Of a DNA stretch of 64,000 nt, positions 49,355 to 59,828 are shown in pieces. The notes under the pieces are model-generated. The model had not been told where the DNA came from. It made no database searches and saw only the letters and a list, made by a program, of their open reading frames with translations. The first letter of the stretch is position 1; each line of letters begins with the position of its first letter. The stretch spans positions 7,016 through 71,015 of the forward strand of contig CANSOY010000001.1 of assembly GCA_947648765.1 (NCBI GenBank), read 5' to 3'. Origin of the DNA: an uncultured Clostridium sp. (GTDB lineage: Bacteria; Bacillota; Clostridia; TANB77; CAG-508). Position numbers and translations under genes: made by a program.

Positions 49355-49891
49355 TTAAATTTTAACTTCTTCAAATTCGTGTAATACTACTTTGCCTTGT
49401 TTTAGGCTCTCTTGTACATCAATCGTTCTTTGGTTACTTGACCCTTTGAATTTTAGGGTTAAATCTTTTTTCTCTTCGACAAATCTGCCATCTACTAATA
49501 CATCGATATAGGATAGCATTTCTTGTGTGCATTTCCATTTCGGATACATATTTGCCATGATTTCGGTATCGTAGTAAAAACCAGTGAAGCACCAAATGTC
49601 CTTGTTTGGAAATCTTTCTTTTACTTTGCGAAGAAGAGGCAATAACCCAATTTGGTTATCTCGTTCAAATGGCTCTCCTCCTAGAAGGGTAAGTCCCGCG
49701 ATATATTCATGGTCTAAGTATTCCAAAACTTGATTTTCTTGTTTTTCTCCAAACACTTCTCCATAATTAAAGTCCCATGCTTCTGGGTTGAAACAGTTTT
49801 TACAGTGGTGATTACAACCACTGACAAATACCGATACTCTGACTCCTGTTCCATTCGCTGTATCGATTCTTTTGATATCTGCGTAATTCAT
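49355..49891 (-). CDS. nrdG: anaerobic ribonucleotide reductase activating protein (radical SAM)
   Basis: GCNHHCKNCFNPE (CxxxCxxC). Lies downstream of nrdD. Confidence 0.85.
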   Translation of the reverse strand: MNYADIKRIDTANGTGVRVSVFVSGCNHHCKNCFNPEAWDFNYGEVFGEKQENQVLEYLDHEYIAGLTLLGGEPFERDNQIGLLPLLRKVKERFPNKDIWCFTGFYYDTEIMANMYPKWKCTQEMLSYIDVLVDGRFVEEKKDLTLKFKGSSNQRTIDVQESLKQGKVVLHEFEEVKI

Positions 49892-49903
49892 ATTTGTTCT
49901 CCT

Positions 49904-52045
49904 TTATAAATGTAATACTCTTGCTTTAATTTCTTTTGTTTTTCCTGCGTTCCAGAAGTTCTCTCCTAAATACCCGCAAGTTCTTCTGGTTACATTCATT
50001 TTGGCATGGTCTTTATTTCCACATTGTGGACATTCCCATTCGCCTTGTTCATTGATGATAATTTCTCCATCAAAGCCACAATTATGGCAATAGTCGGATT
50101 TGGTATTAAATTCTGCGTATTGGATATTATCATAAATGAATTGTACCACTTGTTCCATAGCTTCTAAGTTTTTCTTCATATTTGGTACTTCCACATAGGA
50201 AATGGCTCCTCCTGAGGAAATGTCTTGAAATTTGCTTTCAAAGGATAATTTTGAAAAAGCATCAATTTTCTCTCGTACATCCACATGATAAGAATTTGTG
50301 TAATATCCCTTGTCTGTAATGTCTGGGATATCTCCGAAACGGTCTTTGTCAATTCGAGCAAAACGATAGCATAAACTTTCTGCTGGCGTTCCATAAAGGC
50401 CGAACCCAATTTTCGTTTCTTCTTTCCATCGGTCTGTTGTTTCTCGCAAATGCTTCATCACGCGAAGGGCAAATTCTTCGCCTTCTTTTGTGGTATGACT
50501 CTTTCCTGTCATGAGTTTTGTCGTTTCGTAAATTCCAATATACCCGAGTGAAATGGTGGAAAATCCACCTTCGAGTAGTTGATCGATGGTTTCTCCTTTT
50601 TGCATACGTGCGGCTCCTCCATAGAGCCAATGGATTGGGCTTACATCTGCAATGGTTCCTTTTAAGGCTTTGTGTCGGCACATCAGTGCTTCAAAGCACA
50701 ATTCTAATCTTTGGTCTAGTAACTTCCAAAATCTTTTTTCATTTCCATTGGCAATAATTCCGATTTGTGGAAGGTTTAGGCTAACAACCCCTTGGTTGAA
50801 ACGTGATTCAAAGACATATTCTCCTTTTTCATTTTTCCATGGGGACAAGAAACTGCGACATCCCATTGGGCTAAATACATTGCCTTCATAGTTTTTACGC
50901 ATCAGTTTTGCAGAGATATAGTCTGGATACATTCTTTTGGCGGAACATTCGATGGCAATTTTCGTTAGGTAGTCATACTTTCCGCCTTTTAAGCAGTTGT
51001 TTTCATCCAGTACATAAATGAGTTTTGGAAAGGCTGGTGTAATGTACACGCCTGCTTCATTTTTAATCCCTTGGATACGTTGACGAAAGATTTCTTCAAA
51101 AATGAGTGCATTTTCTTCGATGTATGGGTCTTTTTCGTCTAAGTGCATAAAGAGTGTAACAAAAGGAGTTTGTCCATTTGTTGTCATGAGTGTATTGATT
51201 TGGTATTGTATCGTTTGTACCCCACTTGCAAGTTCTTCTTTTCGTTTTTCGATGGCGTCTTCTTTGGCTAATTTTTCGGCTTCTTCCTTGGTACATCCAC
51301 GCTCTAAATAGATATATCTTCTCTTTTCATAGCATTTTTCATATGTTTTTCGCAAATATTTTCCTAAGTGCTTTACGTTTACCGATTGTCCTCCGTACTG
51401 GTTACTTGCAATGGATGCAATGATTTGGGTCGTTACAATACAAGCAACTTGAAAACTTTTTGGAGATTCGATCATTTTGCCGTTCATCACGGTTCCATTT
51501 TCTAGCATATCTCCAATATTCACCAGCATACAATTATGCATTGGTTGCAAAAAATAGTCTTTATCGTGGAAATGGAGCACACCATCATTATGTGCTTTGA
51601 CAATGCGTTCTGGTAGCATTAAACGGTCCACGATATCTTTGGAACATTCTCCTGCGATTAAATCTCTTTGGGTGGAGAGTAGTTTGGCGTTTTTGTTGGA
51701 GTTTTCTTCTGCGGTTTCTTTGTTGCTATTTCGTACCAAACTTAAAATGCTCTCATCTGTGGTATTGGCTTGTCTTACCATGGCTCTACGGTCTCGGTAA
51801 AGAATATATTTTTTGGCAAGCATAAATTTTCCAAATTCCATAAGTTTTCGCTCAATGGCATCTTGGATTTCTTCTACCGTCATGGTTTGTTTTTTCTTAT
51901 TTTCAATCTCTTCTACAATTTCTTGGATTGACGCTCTTGAGATTTTGTCTTTTCCCCCTACATCGCGGTTTGCTTTACTAATGGCAATGACAACTTTGTC
52001 TGGGTCAAAATCTACTTTTCTTCCGTCTCTTTTGATGACTTCCAC
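49904..52045 (-). CDS. nrdD: anaerobic ribonucleoside-triphosphate reductase
   Basis: ATP-cone N-terminus, C-terminal Zn ribbon CHNCG...CPQCG, and glycyl-radical motif RRTCGYLG. Confidence 0.9.
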   Translation of the reverse strand: MEVIKRDGRKVDFDPDKVVIAISKANRDVGGKDKISRASIQEIVEEIENKKKQTMTVEEIQDAIERKLMEFGKFMLAKKYILYRDRRAMVRQANTTDESILSLVRNSNKETAEENSNKNAKLLSTQRDLIAGECSKDIVDRLMLPERIVKAHNDGVLHFHDKDYFLQPMHNCMLVNIGDMLENGTVMNGKMIESPKSFQVACIVTTQIIASIASNQYGGQSVNVKHLGKYLRKTYEKCYEKRRYIYLERGCTKEEAEKLAKEDAIEKRKEELASGVQTIQYQINTLMTTNGQTPFVTLFMHLDEKDPYIEENALIFEEIFRQRIQGIKNEAGVYITPAFPKLIYVLDENNCLKGGKYDYLTKIAIECSAKRMYPDYISAKLMRKNYEGNVFSPMGCRSFLSPWKNEKGEYVFESRFNQGVVSLNLPQIGIIANGNEKRFWKLLDQRLELCFEALMCRHKALKGTIADVSPIHWLYGGAARMQKGETIDQLLEGGFSTISLGYIGIYETTKLMTGKSHTTKEGEEFALRVMKHLRETTDRWKEETKIGFGLYGTPAESLCYRFARIDKDRFGDIPDITDKGYYTNSYHVDVREKIDAFSKLSFESKFQDISSGGAISYVEVPNMKKNLEAMEQVVQFIYDNIQYAEFNTKSDYCHNCGFDGEIIINEQGEWECPQCGNKDHAKMNVTRRTCGYLGENFWNAGKTKEIKARVLHL

Positions 52046-52379
52046 TTTTGCCTCTTCCCCCTTATGTGTCCTCTTTCTTGAATTCTTATCTTTCGTAAAA
52101 CAAAGGGATCTTCCAATTTAGCGTCAATTTTTTCGCTTTTTCCGATTCTCTTTGTTCCTTATGCTATCTTAGTTTTTGGATAATGTCAAAGTTCTACCTT
52201 TTATGTAAAAGTGGGGCATTTTCTTTTGTATCTCACTTGTTCCAAGCATTTCCATTTTTAGGGTTTCGTGTTTTTAAGGCAAAAGTGCCATCTAGGTTCC
52301 ACCTAAATAGCACTTTTTCTCGAAATATTACATTTTCGTTACAAATTTTCTTTTCTACGGGCATATCCCTTCCGGGCGT

Positions 52380-54986
52380 TTAGATCCATTCGCCAAATTT
52401 CTCTTGGTAAATTCGTTTCATACCAAGGGCTACAATACAGTATAGCAGTGGCACAAAGAAGATTAGCCCAATGTCTATTCCTTGCAATGGTACAAGTCCA
52501 ATGTAACTACCTAATATAGTAAATGGTACAAGGATTGCTAGGATACTAATCACAATGGTAAAGGTATATACCATTGTGGAGGCATTGCTTTGCAGAAATG
52601 GGATTTTGGCGGTTCGAATGATGTGCAAACCAATTAAATTGGAAACAATGCCATACGAAAACCAAATGGTTTGAAATCTTGCGGCTTGGTCGGCTCGTAT
52701 TCCCCAGACAAACCACAGGATACTAAAGACGATTAAATCAAAAATGGAACTGGTAACTCCCATAACGAGCATAAAGTGTTTGACACTGGTTAAATCCCAT
52801 TTTCGTGGCTTTTGGGTGTATTCGTCGTCTACATTATCCATTGGCAAGGAAAGTTGCCCAATATCATAAATGAGGCTTTGGACAAGTAGTTGGATCGGTG
52901 TTATGGGAAAGAAAGGCAAAAAGATACTAGCAATAACCACGGATAGTACTTCTCCAAAGTTGAAACTAATGGCAAGTTTGATGTATTTCATAAGGTTGCA
53001 AAAAGTCTTTCTTCCTTCTCTTGCTCCATCGGTTAAGACATTGAGATTTTTTTCGAGTAAGATAACATCTGCCGTTTCTTTGGCGATATCCACTGCGGTA
53101 TCAACGGAAATTCCTACTTCTGCATTGCGAAGGGAAGGGCTATCGTTAATGCCATCTCCCAAGTACCCGACAATGTGGTCTTCTCCTAAAAGGCGGACAA
53201 TTCTAGCCTTTTGAATAGGAGATAGTTTGGCAAATATATTGGTTTTGCGCAGTCTTTTTTTGAGGGCGAGATCCGTTAATTGGTCTACTTGGCTCCCGAG
53301 TAGGATATAGTCGGTATGCAGGTCTACTTTGTCGCAGACGGCTTTGGCTACTGCCTCATTATCTCCCGTTAATACAATAACGCGAATCCCGTTTTCATTG
53401 AGGCGCAAGATGGCTTCTTTGGCACTTTCTTTGGGTGGATCTAAGAAGCCTACAAATCCAACTAATACCATGTCTTGTTCGTCTTCTTTTTGGTAGGTTT
53501 CTTGTGGTTTGGCAAGTTCTTTTTGGCATACGCCAAGAACGCGCAGTCCTTGTTCATTGAGTGCCTTTACTTTTTTTCGGATGGCAGTTTGCATTTCTTT
53601 GGTCATGGGAACTTGCTTTCCTACTTGTATAGCTTGATTACAAATGCTTAGGATTTCTTCGATGGCTCCTTTGGTTATGATTTTTTGTGTGCCATTTTCT
53701 TCTTTTAGGATAACAGATAATCTTCTGCGAGAAAAATCAAAGGGGATTTCTGCAACCTTTTCAACACGTTTGATGCAGGCTTCCATTCCTTCTTGGCTTC
53801 CTCTTGCGATAATTGCCTCATCCATATTTCCTTTTAAGCCAGTTTGAAAATATGCGTTTTGGTAGGCTTCTTGGAGAACGCGAAAGTCTTCCTCTCCCTG
53901 CACATTTAGGTATTTTTCGAGCACAATTTTGTCTTCGGTTAGAGTTCCAGTTTTATCGGTACATAAAATATTCATAGCCCCAAAACTTTGGATGGACTCT
54001 AGTCTTTTTATGATGGTTTTCTTTTTTGCCATACGTGTCGCGCCTTTGGCAAGGCTGGAAGATAAGATAACTGGCAATAGCAGTGGAGTAATGCCAATTG
54101 CAATGGCAACGGAAAAAGTAAAGACTTTGATGACATCTCCATGCTTCCAAATATTGATTAAAAAGGTAATCGGTATCATATACAGCATAAAGCGAATGAG
54201 GAGTTTGCTAATGCTTTCCACTCCCTTTTGGAAAGCGGTTTTGGGCTTTCCGTTGGTAATGCTGTCTGCTACTTTACCAAAATACGTTTCGTCCCCAATG
54301 CGTATGGCAATTCCTTTGCCATAGCCACTGGTTACATTGGTTCCCGTAAAGCCGATGGTGTCTAAATCACTAATTGCCTCGATTTCTTCTTTTACTTTTT
54401 CAGAACTTGCTTGTTTGGGTACCGCTTCTGATTCGCCTGTTAGCGAGGATTGTGCCACATATAGGTCATTGGCTTCAATAATACGCAAATCCGCTGGGAT
54501 AATAGAGCCGGCAGATAATACCACTACGTCCCCTACGACTACTTCATCAAGCGGAATTTCTTGCTCGACCCCTGCTCGGATAACCGTACAAGAAGTTGCT
54601 ACCATTTGTTTCAGTTTTTCAGCTGCTTGGTTAGAGTGGTAGACTTCTACAAATTCTAATATGGTGCTAACCGATATGAGCACAAGAATGACAAGGATAT
54701 TGGCATAACTTGGCGTTTCTGGCAAAATCACGTCCGTATAGCAAAGTACAAGCGTGATGGCTAATAAGATTAGGTTAAAAGGGCTCATAAAACTTTCTGC
54801 TAAGTAGTGATACCACTTCTTAGGTGCTTTTTGTTTCATTTGGTTTTTCCCATATTGCTGGGTATGTTTTTGTACCAGTTCTTCACTTAATCCATTTGGA
54901 CTGGTTTCGTATGCTTCTTGGATTTCTTTTTGAGTTGCTAGTGCTTCCCAAGTATACAAGCCTTTTTCTTCTTTCTTCTCTTTCAT
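52380..54986 (-). CDS. P-type cation-transporting ATPase (Mg2+/Ca2+-type, MgtA-like)
   Basis: Phosphorylation motif CTDKTGTLT, hinge GDGINDSP, 868 aa. Confidence 0.8.
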   Translation of the reverse strand: MKEKKEEKGLYTWEALATQKEIQEAYETSPNGLSEELVQKHTQQYGKNQMKQKAPKKWYHYLAESFMSPFNLILLAITLVLCYTDVILPETPSYANILVILVLISVSTILEFVEVYHSNQAAEKLKQMVATSCTVIRAGVEQEIPLDEVVVGDVVVLSAGSIIPADLRIIEANDLYVAQSSLTGESEAVPKQASSEKVKEEIEAISDLDTIGFTGTNVTSGYGKGIAIRIGDETYFGKVADSITNGKPKTAFQKGVESISKLLIRFMLYMIPITFLINIWKHGDVIKVFTFSVAIAIGITPLLLPVILSSSLAKGATRMAKKKTIIKRLESIQSFGAMNILCTDKTGTLTEDKIVLEKYLNVQGEEDFRVLQEAYQNAYFQTGLKGNMDEAIIARGSQEGMEACIKRVEKVAEIPFDFSRRRLSVILKEENGTQKIITKGAIEEILSICNQAIQVGKQVPMTKEMQTAIRKKVKALNEQGLRVLGVCQKELAKPQETYQKEDEQDMVLVGFVGFLDPPKESAKEAILRLNENGIRVIVLTGDNEAVAKAVCDKVDLHTDYILLGSQVDQLTDLALKKRLRKTNIFAKLSPIQKARIVRLLGEDHIVGYLGDGINDSPSLRNAEVGISVDTAVDIAKETADVILLEKNLNVLTDGAREGRKTFCNLMKYIKLAISFNFGEVLSVVIASIFLPFFPITPIQLLVQSLIYDIGQLSLPMDNVDDEYTQKPRKWDLTSVKHFMLVMGVTSSIFDLIVFSILWFVWGIRADQAARFQTIWFSYGIVSNLIGLHIIRTAKIPFLQSNASTMVYTFTIVISILAILVPFTILGSYIGLVPLQGIDIGLIFFVPLLYCIVALGMKRIYQEKFGEWI

Positions 54987-55057
54987 ACATTCCTCTTTTC
55001 TTTTTTTAGTGTGGCTTGTATTTTTCTATTTTATACCAAAAGAAAAAGACTCTTGTT

Positions 55058-55936
55058 TTAAGAGTCTTGATAAAGTTTAATTTCTTGATGGCGATAGGCT
55101 TCTAAGATGTCTCGGTAGATAGCGTCTTCTACATTTCTAGATTTCTTCGGTGTTACAAGATAGCGGATGTATAGTTCTACATGGTTTTGCACAATTTTGG
55201 TGTAGACGATTGGTCGTACATGGTTAAAGTAGATAATATAGTCTAGGCTGGCATTTTCCATTTGCGACTCCATGTTTTTCGGTGTTTCTTTGATGGTATC
55301 GTTTCGTTCAATGATATCATAAAGAACGGTTTTTGTTTGGTCAATGTCGGCATCCAGTGGAACTCGTACCACGATTTCATTCCAAATGTATTGGAAAGCA
55401 GTATGGTAATTTTTTAATGCATAGGTAAAGATAAGCGAGTTTGGTATATGGATAATGCGTCCTGTACTTTGCTCTCCGTTTACTCTTTCGCCGAGTTCTA
55501 GCATTTCAAAACTAAGAGAGGAAATTTTGACAACATCTCCTCGCATTCCATTGATTTCAATACGATCTTCTAAGTTAAATGGTTTTGCGACACGCAAATA
55601 GATACCTGCAAAAAAGTTCATAATGATATCTCTTACAGCAATCGCAATTCCGGCAGATAGGAAACTAATGATGGTTACCAAGCCTGCAACATGGGTATTC
55701 CATACGATAAGACAACAAGCAAACATAAAAATAGTTACGACTACATTTTTCTTTTGGTTGTAGATGAAGCGCTTTTTTGGGTCTTTGACGAATTGGCGAT
55801 AAATGAGTTCTAGCACTTTTTTTACAATGCTTGCAATGAGTAGAATAGCAATGGTGGTAACCGCAAGTTTTGCATATTCGATTGGGATGGTAGTTCTTCC
55901 ACTAATCCAATTACTAATTTCTTCGATTAAAGTCAT
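55058..55936 (-). CDS. MscS-family mechanosensitive ion channel
   Basis: Three TM helices plus a beta-domain. 292 aa. Confidence 0.75.
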   Translation of the reverse strand: MTLIEEISNWISGRTTIPIEYAKLAVTTIAILLIASIVKKVLELIYRQFVKDPKKRFIYNQKKNVVVTIFMFACCLIVWNTHVAGLVTIISFLSAGIAIAVRDIIMNFFAGIYLRVAKPFNLEDRIEINGMRGDVVKISSLSFEMLELGERVNGEQSTGRIIHIPNSLIFTYALKNYHTAFQYIWNEIVVRVPLDADIDQTKTVLYDIIERNDTIKETPKNMESQMENASLDYIIYFNHVRPIVYTKIVQNHVELYIRYLVTPKKSRNVEDAIYRDILEAYRHQEIKLYQDS

Positions 55937-56082
55937 GTTTACTCCTTCTTCTTTTGTTCCTGTTTCCCCTCTATTGTAGCATAGGTTTTTCAGGAATACA
56001 AGAAAACTCTTTTTTTCTTTTTCATTTTATGCTATACTAGCACTTGTATATGAATTCTTTGTTATTCCAAAGAGGTGATAAC

Positions 56083-56424
56083 ATGAATTTATCTTTATTC
56101 CAACCGCGAAAAGTGATATCTGCTTTCGGCAAGGCACTTTCGCAAGATTTATTAAAGGAGATTACGTCGTATATGGAACGCTTGGATTTGAACAAATATA
56201 CGGAAAAAGACCGTTTTACTTTTGACCGTGTCGAAGGAGATTTTGCCATTTGTGAAAATCGTGCAAATGGTAAAATGATAGAAGTGCCAAAGGATTTACT
56301 AGATGGTTCTAGCGAAGTTGGCTCTATTCTTCGTATTCAAGATGGCAAGTTTGTTCCTTGCCTAGAAGAAACTCAAAATGCTCGTGAACATATCCAAAGT
56401 TTAGTCGATGATTTATTTTCTTAA
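56083..56424 (+). CDS. DUF3006-family small protein
   Basis: FAICENRANGKMIEVPKDLL motif. AAGAGGTG Shine-Dalgarno before ATG 56083. Confidence 0.45.
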   Translation: MNLSLFQPRKVISAFGKALSQDLLKEITSYMERLDLNKYTEKDRFTFDRVEGDFAICENRANGKMIEVPKDLLDGSSEVGSILRIQDGKFVPCLEETQNAREHIQSLVDDLFS

Positions 56425-56458
56425 AACACACAAAAAGCCCGATTTACTCGGGCTCTTT

Positions 56459-57371
56459 TTATTTTCCGCCATTGGCAGATATGTCTACTTTTTGCACGAT
56501 AATTTCTTCGCCATTATCAATCATATGGATAGTTCCATCGATATCCGTTCGGTAAATTTTGCTTCCCATTTGCTCATATCTTTGCAAGATTTCTGGTTTT
56601 GGAAGTCCATAACTGTTTCCTTCCCCTACTGGAATAATTGCAATTTCTGGTTTTACCTGATTTAGAAATTCCTTTGAGGAACTGGTATTCGAGCCATGAT
56701 GTCCTACTTTTAGCACATCGACATCTTCCCAATTTCTTTGCTTTTCTACGTCTTTCTCTGCATCTCCCATAAAGAGATATTGATGGTTTTGGTAGCTGAC
56801 TTGTAGGACGATAGAGGCATTGTTTGGCTCTTTAGGTTCGGTGTTATCCACAAATTTAATTTCACAATTTGCTTCGCCAATTAGAAATGTTTCGCCAATT
56901 TCAGCTTTGGTTAGTTTCAAATTCTTTGCTTTGACGGCATTTAGTAGCCTTTCATAATATTTTGTGGTAGTGGTTTTGTTGTATGGCAAATAGATTTTAC
57001 CAATCGTAAAGTTTTCTACAATTTTATCCATTCCGCCAATGTGGTCTTCGTGGATATGGGTTCCAATGACATAGTCTAAGTTTGTAATTCCAAGTTGTTG
57101 CAGTCTTTCTACAATTTTTTCGCCATCTTCTACATTTCCTGCATCAATAAGCAAGTTTTTTCCGTTTATTTTGGATTAAGATACAGTCTGCTTGCCCAAC
57201 ATCCCAGCAAATGACATGAAATGCCTCGTCTTGCAACTGGATTTCTTGTGCTATGGTTTCGCTGGTTTGCGGTTTGCTTACTTGCTGAGTATCTCCTGCT
57301 TGCCAAAAATATCCTGCGAAAATGAAGATAAGAGCAATGATAAGAGTGGCTATGGATTTTGTTTTCTTCAT
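56459..57371 (-). pseudogene. secreted ComEC-type MBL-fold hydrolase, frameshifted in an A6 run (two ORFs 57144-57371 and 56459-57154)
   Basis: WDVGQADCILIQ joins LIDAGN across the frame change. Downstream motifs HIHEDHIGG and KVGHHGS. Confidence 0.6.
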
Positions 57372-57381
57372 TGGTTCCTCC

Positions 57382-57975
57382 TTATTGGATTTTAATTCCG
57401 AGCAGGCGGGATAAGTCTACTGCTTGCTCTATATTTACAATTGCTCCTTTTAGGTCTTTCAAGTCTACCACAATCCCTTCAATTTGTGAGGTCGTAAAGT
57501 CTAAGTTGGCTAAACTGGTTTGAAAGAATTGCACATTTCGTAAGTCACAATGGTTAAAGGTGTTTTGTTTCCATTTCACTTCCTCGAAAAAGGCTTCTTT
57601 CAAAATGGTTTCTTGCCATTGTATTTCGCGAAGAACGGCTTTGGTAAAATTCGCATAACTTGCCATCGTATCTTGAAATTGGCAATTTTGCAGAGTTGCT
57701 TCTAAAAAATTAGTACCAATGATTTTGCAATTCTGGAAGGTTACTTTGGAAAAATATGCGTTTTCAAAACGGCTACTGGATAAATCGCATTGGAAGAACC
57801 TACAGTTACGGAGAGAGGCTTTTTCAAAGATACTGTCCGTTATTTGTAAGTTTTCAAATGTGCAGTTTTCAAATTCTGCTGTACTAAAATTGACTTGCTT
57901 TAGTTTGTCGTCCTTCCATGTTTTGGCTTCTAAGCGTTGTTCTTCTGCGATTGCTGTTTGGATTTCTTCTTCCAT
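57382..57975 (-). CDS. pentapeptide-repeat protein (Qnr/MfpA-like size)
   Basis: Continuous A(D/N)LxF-type pentapeptide repeats over about 190 aa. Confidence 0.8.
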   Translation of the reverse strand: MEEEIQTAIAEEQRLEAKTWKDDKLKQVNFSTAEFENCTFENLQITDSIFEKASLRNCRFFQCDLSSSRFENAYFSKVTFQNCKIIGTNFLEATLQNCQFQDTMASYANFTKAVLREIQWQETILKEAFFEEVKWKQNTFNHCDLRNVQFFQTSLANLDFTTSQIEGIVVDLKDLKGAIVNIEQAVDLSRLLGIKIQ

Positions 57976-57988
57976 TTTGCTTCCCTTC

Positions 57989-58612
57989 TTAGTCTAAATT
58001 GGCTTCGATAAAGTTTAGAATTTGTTTGCTACTACTGCCTTTTTTACATTCATCTTTGGTCATTTCAGATAAGTATTTATTTTGCTCTGGCATAATGGTA
58101 ATGGAGTCGAGTGGATAGCCTTCGTGGCGAACCGGGCTAATTTGGTCGACAAAATAGAAGAAATCTCCTTCTACTTGGTGGGTTTTGAGATTTTTTCCAT
58201 CATAGATGGCAACGCCTTTTACCCATTTTGCCGTTAGTCTACTTCCATATTTGCGGGCAAGTGCAGTATAGTAGGATAGCATTTCGTCATCCGTTCTTTC
58301 GATACCGCCGATACGCCTTACTTTAGCGCCTGGCTGTTCCTCGTCCGTTACCCCTTCGATGTAGAGGGTATCGTCAATGGCAATGGTTTTTAGGTGAGTT
58401 TGCTCGTAATATGCTTTGGCTTTCAAAATGGCATTTTCAATCGCCGTTTTTCCGGTTTCATCGACCTCACAATCCACATGTTTTTCACGAAGTGTGTATA
58501 TCTCCATTCCGTGTTTTTCGAGTTCGGTTTTATAATAGGCGATTTTGGCTGGATTTTTAGTTGCAAATAGGATTTCCATTGTTTTCTCCTTATCGAATAA
58601 TTTCGGATTCAA
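57989..58612 (-). CDS. Ham1/RdgB-like non-canonical purine NTP pyrophosphatase (divergent)
   Basis: ILFATKNPAKI, EVDETGKT..ENA..KA and IAIDDTLYIEG follow the Ham1 pattern. Confidence 0.45.
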   Translation of the reverse strand: MNPKLFDKEKTMEILFATKNPAKIAYYKTELEKHGMEIYTLREKHVDCEVDETGKTAIENAILKAKAYYEQTHLKTIAIDDTLYIEGVTDEEQPGAKVRRIGGIERTDDEMLSYYTALARKYGSRLTAKWVKGVAIYDGKNLKTHQVEGDFFYFVDQISPVRHEGYPLDSITIMPEQNKYLSEMTKDECKKGSSSKQILNFIEANLD

Positions 58613-59819
58613 AATATTGTTCTTGAAATTCGGTTAGTGCTCGAATGGCGTCATTGGAGTATTGCTTGCCTTTTGGTGCGATAACGATTTTATCGTCATC
58701 ATCATTGAGTCGGTGGATAATGGCAATACATACACCTTTTGCTTCTTCAACTGGTTCCCAAACGCCTAGTATGTAAGCATCTAGTTCTTCGCCATCAGCT
58801 GCTTTGGTGTTTGGAATATACCCATAATTGATGGGATAAATGGTCTGGTGGCATGGATGAGTGGAGCCCATTTTGCGGTCCACTTTGACCGTTACCTCTT
58901 TTTGCAGAAAGGCATAACTTTCGCGTTGTTTCTTGGCAAATGCTGCTTGGTATTCGGCTTTTCCGAAGTCCATAGTTGGCACAATTTGCCCTTCTTGTTG
59001 CATGGCAAGATAGGTTTCTTGATCCACCCATTTGGCGTCTACCACTTCTCCATCACGGAAATTGATGGCATGCAAGTCTAAGTCTTTTCGGATGACCCAA
59101 ATATCTTTGATATATCTTCTATCGTCATATTTTTTGGTGCTGTATAGGATTGGTTCAAAGTTATCAAAAACAAGTCCTAGTTCTTCTTTCCATTCACGGC
59201 AAATGGCTTCTAGGCTGGTTTCACCTTGGATGACACTACCTCTGGTGGCTTCCCATAGTCCTGGATGTTTCTTTTTCTTTGGCGAGCGTTTAGTAATCAA
59301 AATCTCGCCCTTGCTGTTGAATAACACGCCTTGTACAACAAGGTGGTATTCGCCTTCCTCTAATTCTTCTTTTCCACGAATACAGGTTCTGCCTGTTCTT
59401 TCTCTTTTTTCGTTGTAAATATCCCAAATTTCTTGGTAATCGTGGATTGCCTGTCTTAATAATTCTTTGGAACTATCAAAAGTAATTTTTTCAAAGGCTT
59501 CTTCCCAAGTAACCCACTCCACTTTTTCAACTTCTTCCATTTGTGGTAGTTCGATGCCTTTTTTCTTTTTGGCTAGGAAGAATACTACTTCTTTTTCGAC
59601 ATCGGATTTTGGCATATATCTAGTTGCATAACGATGTTTTTTCTGCACGTGAACGTCTAGTCCAGTTTCTTCTTTTACTTCGCGAATAGCGGTTTCGACT
59701 TCACTTTCTTCGCCTTCTACATGACCTTTTGGGAAATCCCAATGACCGGAATTGTGCTTGATTAACAGTACGGTTCTTTTGTCTAGAACAATACAACCGC
59801 ATGATTTTTCTTGTTTCAT
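58590..59819 (-). CDS. fusion protein: two Nudix hydrolase domains + C-terminal family-I inorganic pyrophosphatase domain
   Basis: Nudix boxes GHVEGEESEVETAIREVKEETG and RGSVIQGETSLEAICREWKEELG. PPase motif YPINYGYIPNTKAADGEELDAYIL. Confidence 0.55.
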   Translation of the reverse strand: MKQEKSCGCIVLDKRTVLLIKHNSGHWDFPKGHVEGEESEVETAIREVKEETGLDVHVQKKHRYATRYMPKSDVEKEVVFFLAKKKKGIELPQMEEVEKVEWVTWEEAFEKITFDSSKELLRQAIHDYQEIWDIYNEKRERTGRTCIRGKEELEEGEYHLVVQGVLFNSKGEILITKRSPKKKKHPGLWEATRGSVIQGETSLEAICREWKEELGLVFDNFEPILYSTKKYDDRRYIKDIWVIRKDLDLHAINFRDGEVVDAKWVDQETYLAMQQEGQIVPTMDFGKAEYQAAFAKKQRESYAFLQKEVTVKVDRKMGSTHPCHQTIYPINYGYIPNTKAADGEELDAYILGVWEPVEEAKGVCIAIIHRLNDDDDKIVIAPKGKQYSNDAIRALTEFQEQYFESEIIR

Positions 59820-59828
59820 GTTTGCCTC

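Noticed and set aside
52046-52379. NrdR box upstream of nrdD
   Set aside because: I looked for the 16-bp ACACWAWATWTWGTGT-type palindrome and found none. I found only a terminator hairpin of the upstream ATPase gene.
54987-55057. M-box (Mg2+) riboswitch in front of the P-type ATPase
   Set aside because: Only about 70 nt separate it from mscS, and that space is occupied by a terminator hairpin. It is too short for an M-box element of about 160 nt.
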